From Limnochordales bacterium (lineage in GTDB: Bacteria > Bacillota > Limnochordia > Limnochordales > Geochordaceae), in contig DATCKA010000068.1 of assembly GCA_036562495.1 (NCBI GenBank), positions 1-32,000 of the forward strand: 32,000 nucleotides of DNA, in the 5' to 3' direction. The translations under genes were made by a program, and so were the position numbers. Positions 31,980 to 32,000 of the stretch are shown in pieces (positions within the stretch are counted from its first letter, which is position 1; the number at the start of each line of letters is the position of its first letter). The notes below the pieces were generated by a model. The model worked only from the letters and a program-made list of their open reading frames with translations, did no database searches and was not told the DNA's origin.

Positions 31980-32000
31980 GAAACGCGCAGGGACTCGGCC

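Noticed and set aside
1-32000. Scan for CRISPR arrays, tRNA/rRNA genes, transposases/integrases, inverted-repeat-bounded elements, and large direct repeats
   Set aside because: I recognised no spaced direct repeats, tRNA-like cloverleaf segments, rRNA-like sequence or recombinase motifs. Coding density on the minus strand leaves no room for such elements beyond three gaps of 86-175 nt. This was done by eye, and a computational repeat or tRNA scan would be more reliable.

Overview
This very GC-rich window (about 70% or more by eye) is filled almost end to end by about 26 co-directional genes on the minus strand. No plus-strand gene is credible. Together the genes form an outer-membrane (OM) and LPS biogenesis supercluster.

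Gene order in the direction of transcription (high to low coordinate) is: flgH, flgI, a rod-binding FlgJ-like gene, an S55/SpoIVB-like secreted protease, tamB, bamA, skp/ompH, lpxD, two uncharacterised signal-peptide beta-rich proteins, a single lptF/G-family permease, lptD, an lptC-like gene, an lptA-like gene, a 970-985 aa fused ectodomain-permease-ABC ATPase, lpxC, fabZ, lpxA, lpxI, lpxB, an lpxB-related glycosyltransferase, an msbA-like exporter, an SDR epimerase, lptB, a DUF3084-like coiled-coil membrane protein, and a partial SLH-domain (OmpM-like) OM tether.

The SLH/OmpM-type tether, lpxI instead of lpxH, L/P-ring genes fused to the OM cluster, and the absence of any recognisable OM lipoprotein (LptE, BamD, lipidated FlgH) match what has been described for diderm Firmicutes (Negativicutes, Halanaerobiales, Limnochordia). 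The extreme GC content points towards a Limnochordia-like organism. That assignment is inference only.

Many ORF-track entries are N-terminally over-extended. I re-derived starts from the sequence, and at least nine gene junctions are 4-nt ATGA/GTGA/TTGA stop-start overlaps.

The most interesting unexplained elements are the fused ABC protein at 11120-14077, the two tandem putative OM proteins at 18969-20574, and the apparently permuted S55-like protease at 27716-29734. I found no RNA genes, CRISPR arrays, mobile elements or convincing terminators.
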